Part shown: positions 39,838 through 51,367 of the stretch, piece by piece
Position numbering within the stretch: the stretch's first letter is position 1
How the letters are laid out: the number at the start of each line of letters is the position of its first letter
Source of the DNA: Zootoca vivipara
Lineage: Eukaryota
Reading direction: 5' to 3'
Assembly: GCF_963506605.1 (NCBI RefSeq)
Contig: NC_083284.1
Coordinates: 35,278,001 to 35,342,000, forward strand
DNA: 64,000 nucleotides
Position numbers and translations under genes: made by a program
The notes under the pieces: generated by a model
Databases searched by the model: none
Seen by the model: the letters and a program-made list of their open reading frames with translations, nothing else
Told to the model about the DNA's origin: nothing

Positions 39838-39910
39838 AAAGGTAAAGGACCCCTGGACGTTTAAGTCCAGTCAAAGGTGACTATGGGGTTGTGGCGCTCA
39901 TCTCACTTTT
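39838..39910 (-). mobile_element. Sauria SINE 3' fragment
   Basis: aaaggtaaaggacccctggacg...ggggttgtggcgctcatctc. Confidence 0.75.
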
Positions 39911-40148
39911 ATCAGTAACACCCTCCCACCTTACATGTGTCCCTTAAAAGGGAAACGTTTGCTAAAGATACACACATGCACACATTCAACAACAATACAG
40001 CACTTATACAGAGCTGCCTTTACTAAGGTGTGTGTTGGAGGGGAGGAATGTAAGAAACAAATACAGGCTGCCATTGGTAAAGAGAACATGAATCACTTCC
40101 TAAATGTGTAGATTCCCTGTTCTTGATTGTGCCCATATTAACATAAAG

Positions 40149-40399
40149 CAGGGGTCAGCAACCTTTTTCAGCTGGGGGCTGGTCCACCATCCCTCAGACC
40201 ATGTGGGGGGCCGGACTTTTTTTGGGGGGTGGTGGTGAACAAATTCCTATGTCCCAACAAGTAACCCAGAGATGCATTTTAAATAAAAGGACACATTCTA
40301 CTCATGTGAAAACACGCTGATTCCCAGACCGTCTGCAGGCCAGATTGAGAAGGTGATTGGGCCGCATCCGGCCCCCGGACCTTAGGTTGCCTACCCCTG
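40149..40399. mobile_element. hAT MITE (OC1/MER30-like)
   Basis: TIR caggggtcagcaacct/aggttgcctacccctg; TSD acataaag (40141-40148, 40400-40407). Confidence 0.9.
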
Positions 40400-41160
40400 A
40401 CATAAAGTGTTCTTTGAAATGAATCAACTTTACTTCTAAATACTTTTTTAAAAAAGGATTGGCATGTTAGCGTTGTAGAGTTGAAATAAGTCAAAAGAAC
40501 ACAGGAAGTTTCCTTACACAAAGTCGCCCCATTGGCAGAAGCTCTGCAGTTTCTGGCAGGCAGGGTCCTGCTCTCCTGGCTCTACCTAGAGACATTGGGG
40601 ATTGAACATAGGACCTTTGGCATCCATGGCAGATGCTCTTCCAGTGAGCTACAGTCCTTCTCCTAAGTTGAGTAGGACAATGCACAAAGTAACCTCTGCC
40701 CCTTACAGATCAACACATATCATCCATATTATGAAAGGCCACAACTGGAGCATGGCTATAAACCCTAGTGCCTCAGTCCAGAAAAGCCTGTATGATTTAA
40801 AACCACAGGGGGAGCCAAAGCAGAGCAGACTTGCAGCTAGCTAATCTTCCTCACATTGAAGGCGGCTTCCTCTGAAAGGCTTGTGACTAAAATTCAGGGT
40901 AGATAACAGTTTATCAGAGCACTACAGCCAGAGAACTAAATTTCAAACTAGCACTTTAAACCAACATTACCAGTTTAAACACACAATGTTTATTTCAGTG
41001 AGCGGAAGGCTGGGAGAAGACTGTAAAACCACAAGGCTGCTATCATTGGCCCTTGAAGGAATCCTTTTCAAATTGCACAAAATCCATGTGTGTCGGAGCT
41101 TTGCTGCTGTTACAAAACCATCGCAAAAATAGCAGCCAAATTCTGCTAAACAAAGTGAGA

Positions 41161-41168
<8 letters not shown>

Positions 41169-41220
<52 letters not shown>
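41169..41220. repeat. (GA)n microsatellite
   Basis: Perfect run. Confidence 0.99.
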
Positions 41221-41222
<2 letters not shown>

Positions 41223-41799
41223 CTTTACAAAAGCAAAGTTTATAGCATGCTATAATTAAGCTCACATCCTGATAGAGGGAGCATGAAGTTTTATTCTAAA
41301 TATAGCAGAAGTCCTCTTTATTGCACAAGTCTCCCCTCCTCCCTCTTTTAAAGTGAAATGTAAAAAATGAGTCACTGATATTGTCAGTGGCCTCCTTACA
41401 ATTTAGATTTACAAAACAAATCAAGAAAAAACTAACTAAAAACAGAAGGCTTTTGTTTCCTCTCTTTTCTTTTTAGCAAAGTGTTACTTTGAGTTTTTTA
41501 AAGGGACAGGCAGATAGGAGATTATGTAGCAGCAGTGCTCAGTGGATCAAACCCCATATATAAATAGCTGAGAATCAATAAATAAAAATAAATAATAATA
41601 ATAAATGTTATCCAAGGCAGACAACTAATCCTGTGCTATAATACTGACACTTTTGGCAGCTGTTTCCTTTGCTGCAATAAACTTTGTATGTGGATGCTCA
41701 GGTGTTCACCATTAATACAGGAAAAATCTTCCATGTGGATTTCCTAAGACTGAAACTTGTCAAAGGGGTGAGCTGCTCTGTGATGATCTGGAAACATTT

Positions 41800-42776
41800 T
41801 CTAGAAAGGTGGCTATGCTAATGCACTAGTGGGCTCAAAGCACACAAAATGGAAGTGACAAAAAAGAGCAACATTAAGGACATGGAGCCTGTTATTGCTA
41901 CAAAGTGCAAGGTTCTTGTGAACCACAAGGGTGGATCCTGCAAGAAGATGCTTGTTGCACTGAGAAAGGCATGGAGCAATGCCTAGCTGCTTGCTAGACG
42001 ATGTACCAGAGCATTCAACTCACTGCTGATAGTAACAACACTCGCAAAATGAACAAAGGCACGAAGACAACCTTTGGACCAACAGTCAGGAAAAACTGTA
42101 GTGCTGTAAACTTTGACGGGAGAGATCACCACAGATCGCAGCAAGCAGATGGAGTGATAGGGCAGGACAGAATCCCAACAGAAGTGCTAAAAGCCAGCTT
42201 CAATCCCCCCCCCATGACACACCTCCACAGCTTTCTCTTGCCGTGTTGAAAAAAGGATCTGTGCCGCAAGACATGTGTCTTCCCAGCATTGTGACCCTCA
42301 AAGAACAGAGACGACTGCCATGATTGTAACAACTCCCATGGAATCTCCATGCTGTGGGGAAAGCCTCTGCCCATGAAGTTCTCAACAGAATACAGTCACT
42401 CACTGACAGGGTCTATCCCAAGTCTGAGCTTCAGAGCTCAGAGGTCAACAGTCAACCTGATTTTCTCACTGCCACCGCTACAGAAGAAATGTCAACAGCA
42501 TAGACACCCCTTGTACATTGTCTTCATAAACCAGATGAAGACCTTTGACCTTCTCAGCCAAAAAGGCCTCTTTACACTGCTCAACCAGTTAGGGTGCCCA
42601 CCTAAGCTCCACAAGATGATTGTGTCCTTCCATGAGAACATGCACTGTACTGTCCATCCTTGGATGCCTTCCCTATAAAGAGTTGGATGAAACAGGGCTG
42701 AGTTCTCGTACCAACTCTCTTTGGCATATTTGTCTCCATGTTGCTCTCCTAAGCCTTTAGCTCAACTGTATTATTA

Positions 42777-42832
<56 letters not shown>

Positions 42833-42985
42833 CTGCCCATCTGACTGGATTACCCCAGCCACTCTGGGTGGCTTCCAACAAAACGTTAAAACACAAAAGA
42901 TCATGTGTACTTCCATTCAAGGAACAGCAGGGGTCTGTTCAACCCGGCCTATCTTCACACACAAAGGCGCAATGGGTTCTTATCA
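41800..42985 (+). mobile_element. Degraded RTE-clade LINE, reverse transcriptase fragment
   Basis: FRAQRSTVNLIFSL..LQKKC...PLYIVFI...KTFDL.SQKGLF.LL..LGCPPKL..MIVSFHENM, then KQG.VL.PTLFGI in another frame: RT domains of a non-BovB RTE, with frameshifts and stops. Confidence 0.85.
42770..42882 (-). mobile_element. L2 3' end with (AAT)n tail inserted into the RTE fragment
   Basis: (att)n at 42770-42828 followed by tactgcccatctgactgg...ccccagccactctgggtggcttccaac. Confidence 0.7.
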
Positions 42986-43229
42986 ATTCCAAAATATAAG
43001 GTTCCAGTCAAATGAGAGATCACATTGCGCCAGGTATTCTAGAACAATCTTGTTTATAGGGAGAAAGGCAGAGTAATTCGTGAAGTGAGGCTACTGTGCT
43101 ACCTGAACAAAAGGCAAGTCTCAACTGGCATAAGTATTGTGTCATTTTCACTAGATTCTACTTTGTGCCTGAGTTAAGTTCAAAGTGTTGGTGTTGGGGT
43201 TTGAAGCCCCAAATGGCCTAGGATTAGGG

Positions 43230-43563
43230 CAGGGGTTTGCAAACGTTTTGTGGCTTGGGCCGGTTCACGGTCCCACAGACACTGCAGTGGGCTGGAGTGT
43301 GTGCGCACACACGCATGCACAAACGCTATTTTTGACGCTCCTTCAGGCATGGAGGAGGCGTGCACAGCTTCCCATTGGCTCCAGGAGCTTCCTGCAGCCA
43401 ATGGGAAGCCGGCCAGCATCGCAGAAGGCGGTCCCCGCTCTGCTCCACGCCAATTTAGCACAGCGCACGGGAGCCAACTGAGCGGGCGGTGGGGGACCAT
43501 GGGCTGGTTAAACAACCCCCATGGGCTGTTTGTGGCCCATGGGCCTTAGGTTGCCGACCCCTG
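43230..43563. mobile_element. Non-autonomous hAT element
   Basis: TIR caggggtttgcaaac/ggttgccgacccctg; TSD gattaggg (43222-43229, 43564-43571). Confidence 0.9.
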
Positions 43564-44129
43564 GATTAGGGTCATAGCAACCCCTTATGTTTAAAGCACT
43601 CTTATAGCACTTTAACAGCCATGGCTTAGCCCTAAAGAATCCTGGGAACTGTAGCTTGTTAAGGATGCTGAGAGTTGATAGGAGACCCCTCACAACACCC
43701 TTAAACTATCAGACCACCACACTACTCTGGGTAAAAATTAAAGTATCCCAGTTTCTACATAGCTTCACCCAAATTTATTTGCTTTTTAATGTCTGCATTA
43801 AACAACAAGGAGTGGCAAAATCAGCAGAAAGCAATAAATGCTATTCATTCATTTTTCTCCAGTCCTGCCCCCCTTTGGAAACAGTAACCCAGCCAGGAAA
43901 GAAGCAACCATACTGTATTTCAGAAAGCATCTCAAAATTTCCAATTTCATCTCTGTGATAGTGGCATGCATAGCATAAGGTCCAAGGCATGGCATAAAAC
44001 AATTCACAAACCACTTTTATGAAGGTTGCTTGTTCTTGTATTGCTGAGAATGCCAGATTCCATTAAAGTAAGCTTCTAGGCCTCATGACTGCCGTGAAAT
44101 ACTTTTCTTTTTCTATCTGAAACATCAAT

Positions 44130-44240
44130 AGATCGTAGAATTCTGGAGTTGGATGGGACCCTGAGGATCATCTAATCCAATCCCCTGCGATGTTGCAATA
44201 TGCAGCTGCCCCATACGTTCTAACCAACTGAGCTAACCAG
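44130..44240 (-). mobile_element. tRNA-derived SINE with CR1 tail, internally deleted
   Basis: Reverse strand reads tagctcagttggttaga...gcaggggattggattagatgatcctcagggtcccatccaactc. Confidence 0.6.
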
Positions 44241-44447
44241 GCTCCAGTGTAATAAAAATAAATAAAACAGCCCATCATTTTTTTTATCAACATACCTATC
44301 AAATCAAAATTCTTCATGTTTGAAGGTTATAGTTTTGATATACTGTATGAATGCTGCATGCTCTGCCTACCAGCTGCAGTGTGACTGTATTAGCCACATG
44401 TTACTAATGTATCCATACTATCTGTAACCTTCTCGTTCGTAACATAT

Positions 44448-45194
44448 GCAGCAGCTAAAAAAGCCAATGCAATACTGGGCTGCATCAATAGCAGTATAGC
44501 ATCTAGATCAGGCATCCCCAAATTGCAGCCCTCCAGATGTTTTGGCCTACAACGCCCATGATCCCTAGCTAACAGGACCAATGGTCGGGGAAGATGGGAA
44601 TTGTAGTCCAAAACACCTGGAGGGCCGAAGTTTGGGGATGCCTGATCTAGATCAAGGGAAGTAATAGTACCACTGTATTCTGCTCTGGTCAGACCTCACC
44701 TGGAGTACTGTGTCCAGTTCTGGGCACCACAGTTCAAGAAGGATACTGACAAGCTGGAACGTGTCCAGAAGAGGGCAACCAAAATGATCAAAGGCCTGGA
44801 AACGATGCCTTATGAGGAACGGCTTAGGGAGCTGGGTATGTTTAGCCTGGAGAAGAGAAGGTTAAGGGGTGATATGATAGCCATGTTCAAATATATAAAA
44901 GGATGTCGTATAGAGGAGGGAGGTTGTTTTCTGCTGCTCCAGAGAAGCGGACACGGAGCAATGGATTCAAACTACAAGAAAGAAGATTCCACCTAAACAT
45001 TAGGAAGAACTTCCTGACAGTAAGAGCTGTTCAGCAGTGGAATTTGCTACCAAGGAGTGTGGTGGAGTCTCCTTTGGAGGTCTTTAAGCAGAGGCTTGAC
45101 AGGCATATGTCAGGAATGCTTTGATGGTGTTTCCTGCTTGGCAGGGGGTTGGACTGGATGGCCCTTGTGGTCTCTTCCAACTCTATGATTCTAT
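44448..45194 (+). mobile_element. CR1 LINE, 5'-truncated, interrupted by a hAT MITE
   Basis: ORF2 C-terminus (..[59 protein letters not shown]) and ctctatgattctat tail. Confidence 0.95.
44509..44644. mobile_element. 136-bp hAT MITE inserted in CR1
   Basis: TIR caggcatccccaaa/tttggggatgcctg; palindromic TSD atctagat (44501-44508, 44645-44652). Confidence 0.95.
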
Positions 45195-45740
45195 ATATTC
45201 TGATTTGGCTGTCAATCACAACAGAAATATAAAGAAGAAAGATATATGTGCTGGTAATTCAAGAGGCTCAAAATGTATCTTGCTTAATGCTGCTCCTCTG
45301 TCCTCCAGTTTCTTATATTCCAATTAACACTTGTAGTTTAAAAAAAAAAAGCAAACTAGAAACTTCTGTATTATACTGTCAACGCCACCCCCACCCCCTG
45401 CATCTAGTATTTTCCAGAAGCCTTCACAAAAAAGCCGGGATAGCATGAATATGTCACAATGAGAACGTTTACCATTTCTCTCCCTGCCTCCCCCCCAAAG
45501 GCAATATTCTTTGTGGTTTCTCCAGTACTGTGAATGCATACCTCTGGTGTTTACCATCAGCAATTTTCAACATGCTGACATGGCTAAAAGTGACCACAGA
45601 GCCGATGCAAGCAAGCTAGAAGGAGAAACACAAGCGGAAACACTATGATCTTTCGACTCAAACTTTGCACTTTTTCGACAGGAACTTAACAAGGTGGCCT
45701 GGTTATCATGGGAGAGGATTCGATTAGTGCAACTTGTAGT

Positions 45741-45742
<2 letters not shown>

Positions 45743-45824
<82 letters not shown>
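45743..45824. repeat. (TC)n microsatellite
   Basis: Perfect run. Confidence 0.99.
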
Positions 45825-45827
<3 letters not shown>

Positions 45828-46691
45828 ACCTTCTTTTTCATTAACCAACAGAGCTTTGTTCCTGATGTTGCTATTTTTGTGGCTGACGCATGCAAAGCTG
45901 TTGGAGGAGGGAGCCATTCCCACTACAAAGGTTATATTTCTTTCCCTGCTGTTGGGGCTCGCAGAAGGGATTTCTTCTCCTTTCCCAACAATCTACCTTC
46001 TCATGCTTTAGATCAGGTGGTTCATCCTGGCACTGTCCTATTCCTCCCCCAAATTGTTTTAAAACAGTATCTTAAAGTCACCTGAAAACTGCTTGTAAAC
46101 AGAAAGAGCAATTAAGGCTGCAATCCTATATCCACTTACTCCCCAGCAAGCCCTTCTGAAATCAGCGAGACTTTGTTTTAAATAGACATATAGGATTGCT
46201 TTGAATATTTCAGAAATATTGATCAGAAATCATTATTTTCTGATTTATAGTTTAAATTATAGAGCTGGGTGATGTTTATAAAACCTATTACTTCAACAAA
46301 AGTCCCCCCCTCTAAATGTAACTAGTAATTTAAGTATTAAACGTTTGTATAAGGCATATGAGAAAGAAATCCATAACCTTTTGGTTTGTGTTGTTCAAAG
46401 ACTCTAAAGTTTCAAACACTCAAAAAGCAGGCCTTATCATTTACTAATGCATACAGTGCAAAAGTAAGTTCATTTTACAAAATGGAAAGTGTTACCCTTT
46501 TGCCTTGTTTTCATTATCAGTTTCATAGCTGCCAAGTTATCCCTTTTTTAAAGGGATTTTCCCTTATGCTGAATAGGCTTCCTCGCGAGAAAAGGGAAAA
46601 CTTGGCAGCTATGCAGTTTACATATATGAGGGATGTAGAACCTGAGACCAGAATGTAGTAGTCTGGGGTCATGGTGGTCAAAGACCCATTA

Positions 46692-46904
46692 CAGTGGTAC
46701 CTCGAGTTAAGAACTTAATTCGTTCTGGAGGTCCGTTCTTAACCTGAAACTGTTCTTAACCTGAGGTACCACTTTAGCTAATGGGGCCTCCCATTAGCCA
46801 CCATGCTTTGCTTCTTATCTTGAAGCAAAGTTCTTAACCCAAGGTACTATTTCTGGGTTAGCGGAGTCTGTAACCTGAAGCGTCTGTAACCTGAGGTACC
46901 ACTG
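46692..46904. mobile_element. Tc1/mariner (Tigger-like) MITE
   Basis: TA|cagtggtacctc...gaggtaccactg|TA; reverse copy of the family at 2085. Confidence 0.88.
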
Positions 46905-47288
46905 TACTATTTCTGCAGGAGGGACCCAACAGGGGCCCTGTCTCCAGCATCCTAGAGCCCCACAATCAGCATGGAAAGAGAGTTTCTTAGCCACTGAGAG
47001 GAAGTGTTCTCACCCTTTGCACTGACTGAAACCAATCAGAATGAAAGGAGGGGAGTCGGCCACTGAGGATCGGCTCCTAGGGTCACTCTGGAAAAGCAAG
47101 AATACCACCCAGGAGAAGTTGCTCTGTGTGTTCCAAAGCACAAGTCACTAAGTTTCAAGAGAATGATGTGCAAGTTCTGCTACATACAATACAACTTTGA
47201 AGAAAGCACAACTTAAGCAACACTGAAAAAGCTACTGGAGCACTCCAAATCCATGTGTATGCACAGAAAATAGTAAATTTAGCTGATA

Positions 47289-49401
47289 CCGTGTTTCCCC
47301 TTTTTAAAGACGTAGTCATTAAGTAAGCCATGGCAGCATTTTTAAGCATTTGCGAAAGATAAGACATACCCCGAAAATAAGACATACCTCCATGCCCTGT
47401 ATGAAAACTAACACCCTCCTTATGGCCACTACTGGGAGTAAGATGTCGCTGAATTAGACTGAGATCCTATTTAAGTGACTAGATTTTGGATTTTAAAAGC
47501 GAGACCGCCGAGCGCCCCAGCCAGCCAGCGGGACCCAGCCAGCCAGCGGGGCCTGGGAAGCGGCTGCTGTTGTAGTGGTGAGCTCGCGGAGCGCCCAGCC
47601 GAGGAGATCTGCCGCCCCACCGGCCGGAACCGACTGCTGCAGAGCGGAGCGCTCCGCAGCGCCGAGCACTCAGAGCGCCCAGCAGCACCGGGCGGAGCGC
47701 TGGAGCCAGCGGCCTCGCCTCCGCCCGGCCGAGGAGACCTGCTGCCTCGCCGTCCGGAGCGGCTGCTGCAGAGCGGAGCGCTCCGCAGCGCCGCCGCAGA
47801 GTGCTCAGAGTGCCCAGCAGCACCGGGTGGAGCGCCGGAGCCAGCGGCTTCGCCTCCGCCCGGCTGAGGAGACCTGCTGCCCCGCCGTCCGGAACGGCTG
47901 CTGCACAGCGGAGCGCTCCACAGCGCCGCCGCAGAGCGCTCAGAGTGCCCAGCAGCACCGGGCGGAGCGCCGGAGCCAGCGGCTTCGCCTCCGCCCGGCC
48001 GAGGAGACCTGCTGTCCTGCCGCCCAGAACGGTTGCTGCAGAGCGGAGCGCTCCGCAGCGCCGCCGCCGAGCGCTCAGAGCGCCCAGCAGCACCGGGCGG
48101 AGCGGCGGAGCCAGCGGCCTTGCCTCCGTCCGGCCGAGGAGACCTGCCGCCCCGCCGCCCGGAACGGCTGCTGCAGAGCGGAGCGCTCCGCAGTGCCGCC
48201 GCCGCGCGCTTAGAGCGCCCAGCAGCACCGGGCGGAGCGCCGGAGCAAGCGGCCGGCCGGCCGGCCGCCAGGAACCAGCTGCTGGAGCGCGCAGAGCGCT
48301 CAGCAGCTCAGAGCACCCAGCAGCGCCGGAGCCAGCAGCCTCGCCTCTGCCCGGCCAAGGAGGCTTGCCGTCCTGCTGCCCAGAACCAGCTGCTGGAGCG
48401 CGCAGAGCGCTCAGCAGCTCAGAGCACCCAGCAGCGCCGGAGCCAGCAGCCTCGCCTCTGCCCGGCCAAGGAGGCTTGCCGTCCCGCTGCTCAGAACCAG
48501 CTGCTGGAGCGCGCGGAGCGCTCAGCAGCTCGGAGCACCCAGCAGAGCCCTCGCCCCTTTCTTCTGCTGTCTGGCCTGTCTTTAAAGGGGCGCAGCGGAG
48601 AAAATGCCTTTAAAGGGTGATCGGAGGGGGATGCGGTGGGAAGATGGGAAGATGGGGGCTTTCTATTTCATTATTTAATAGGGTTGCCATATTTTGCAAA
48701 AGCAAAAAAGAGGACGCATTTGGCAACTCCTGCTTTTAATTATGGATCGCTATGACGACTCTGCCTGTGATAAAGAGGACGTGTCCTCGAAAAAATATGA
48801 GACATGGCAACCCTATTTATATCTATATTTGCTCCATTGGTTAGAGCATGGTGCTGATGATTCTTCATTGCAGAGGGTTGGACTAGATGATCCTTGGGGT
48901 CCCTTCCAACTCTTCGATTCTATGATCATCTGGAGGGACACAGGTTTTCCCATCACCGATGGAGAAGACCTGTGAACCTGAAGACCTGAGAATATAGTAC
49001 TGTACAGCTGGAAGGGGTCCCCCAAGGGCCATCCAGTCAAACCCCCTGCAATTATGCAGAAATCACAGCTAAAATAATCCCCATCAGATGGCAGTCACAG
49101 CTGGAGAAGCCTTGGCCATCCAAACCTGGGTTTTAAAACCTCCCATGTAGGAGAGTCCAAGCTCAATAGCACCTCAGAGCACTGAAATCTTTGTGCATAC
49201 ATTGTATTGTTCTAATACATACAACAGCCTTGTCAGGTAGGACAGAGCTCAGCAGCGCTGCGCGTAGCACACAGCAGCACCCCGAGCCAGCGGCCTGGCC
49301 CAGCCGAGGAGACCATAAGACACCCCACCAAAAATAAGCCACCCTGTGTTTTTTTAACGAAAAAAGTTATAAGACGGTGTCTTAAAAAAGGGGAAACACG
49401 G
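47289..49401. mobile_element. 2.1-kb non-autonomous Tc1/mariner-pogo-type element with minisatellite and composite cargo
   Basis: TIR ccgtgtttcccctttttaaagac/gtcttaaaaaaggggaaacacgg, TA on both sides (47287-88, 49402-03), subterminal ataagac motifs. Confidence 0.88.
47590..48545. repeat. GC-rich minisatellite: ~5 units of 135 bp then ~2.5 units of 111 bp
   Basis: gaggaga anchors at 47601, 47731, 47866, 48001, 48136; aaccagctgctgg anchors at 48273, 48384, 48495. Confidence 0.92.
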
Positions 49402-49440
49402 TAGGCAAGACATGAACATCTTCAGTGATGGATGCATTAC

Positions 49441-49441
49441 A

Positions 49442-49483
<42 letters not shown>
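49441..49483. repeat. (ATT)n microsatellite
   Basis: Trinucleotide run. Confidence 0.98.
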
Positions 49484-49484
<1 letters not shown>

Positions 49485-51232
49485 GGCTATTGTATCATCT
49501 CATAAAAGTGTGTCTTCTTAGAAGGGTGTGTGGCTTTGAGCATCATAAAGGGACCATGCAACTTCTGGATTTGCCACTACATTACTGCCTGTGATGTTCC
49601 AGATGCTACAGACTACGATACCCATCACCCTTGACCACTGGTTCATGCTGGCTGGGGCTGGTGGGAGTTGGAGCCCAACAACATATGAGGGCGACATGTT
49701 CCCCATCCCTCATATATGTCCCCCCACCCACACACACATACAGATGGCCATGTGTCTTACATCTTCTACCAGGAGCCACAAGAGACAGTAGCCCTTTCCT
49801 CTGAGGGGCTCTGCTATCCTGATTGTCAGATTTCTTGTATTTAAAATTTACTGCAAGCTATCCCAAGAGCTCATTTCAAAGGTGGGGTATAAACACCTAC
49901 AAATGAATAAATGTGCTGCTTTATTCTGAGAACAGATCCTATTACGTTAAGGGCGCATGACTCTCCCCAAAGAATCCTGAGAACTGTAGTTTTCAAGGGC
50001 ACCGTGGCTTGTAGCTCTGTGATGTGAAACAACCATTCTGAGGATTCTCTGGGGGAAGTCCAGCATTGGGTGTGCTTTATGGTGTGGATCTGCCCTTAAG
50101 CTCTATGTGCAAAGAAGAAGCAAAAACAACCGAGACCCATGGGACCTTCAAGGCCGATGCATTGATTGAGGCATGGGCATCTGTAGGCAACAGTCCTCAA
50201 ATGCAGGCATAAGACACCCAACTCCTTTCTACAACCAGATTCACCTGTATTAATATTGCATGCTTTGCCGCATGATCCTATGCATATTTATGCAGAAGTA
50301 ATTCACACCAATTTAGATGGGATTTATTCCCATGTAAGTGGTAATAGGAATGCAACCATATATTTTTTACTATAGTTGCCAGGGTTTAGGAGCAAAAGGC
50401 AGGTTGCCATCAAAATAACCCCGATATGCTTCCCAACAGATAAAAACAGTTACCAGCAATATCCAAGTATCACCAGCCAAATTTAAAAACAAGCATGAAT
50501 AGCAGGATTTATACGTCCTGATAGACTTGCTATAAGAGAAACATGTTTTGCAGGCTTCTGAAATTATACAACAAGGCTGCCTGCCTAATATTAATAGGCA
50601 GGTGCTGTCACACTGAAACTCTGACTCCTCTCAAATGTTTGTTTTACAGTTTAACAATCACTGCTTTACAATGCATGCTTCAGGGTATGATTGTATGTTG
50701 GCTGCATGCTGCACTTAAAATGATCACCCATGTTATCTTTGCAGGGAGGTGAACTTCATATGGCTCCTAATGATGCTTCAGTTGGGGCTGGGCTATTTGG
50801 CTCTCACATTATGGTGATGATATTTATTAGCATAGAAATGAGGATCTGGCTAACTCGCTACAGTACTCTGAAAACTATGTTAATAGGTCATCCCAAGACG
50901 TTTTGCTACTAGAGCAGAATACTCCACCATTCCACCCCACCCCCACGGTCCCTTGCTTTTCTCTGCATGGTACAGACCTCTTTATCAGATCTCCACAATA
51001 AACACTGGTGTGTGTATACACTCACTCACTCACTCAATGGTGTGGGGCATCTAACTTGCAATAGTGATTGTGAATACGGCTGAGGGCTGGATATATATAT
51101 TTTATTTATATTTATATGGACAGCTTATGAATATACTGTACATACATATTTAAAGCTCCTTTAATTCCATAAAAGCAGCATCCAATAAACAGATCAGCAA
51201 AGGTTAAAATGACTGGCAGTGACTCTCTAGGG

Positions 51233-51367
51233 CAGGCATCCCCAAACTTCGGCCCTCCAGATGTTTTGGACTACAATTCCCATCTTCCCCAACCACTGGT
51301 CCTGTTAGATAGGGATCATGGGAGTTGTAGGCCAAAAATCTAGAGGGCCGCAGTTTGGAGATGCCTG
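51233..51367. mobile_element. hAT MITE (same family as 44509), inserted in a degraded tRNA(Ala) SINE
   Basis: TIR caggcatccccaaact/agtttggagatgcctg; TSD ctctaggg/cgctaggg. Confidence 0.9.

Noticed and set aside
47590-48545. CRISPR-like array
   Set aside because: Eukaryotic context, whole units repeat with no unique spacers, no cas genes.
47475-48620. Long overlapping ORFs (130-270 aa) on both strands
   Set aside because: They arise from a GC-rich tandem array with periods divisible by 3 inside a transposon; no recognisable domain.
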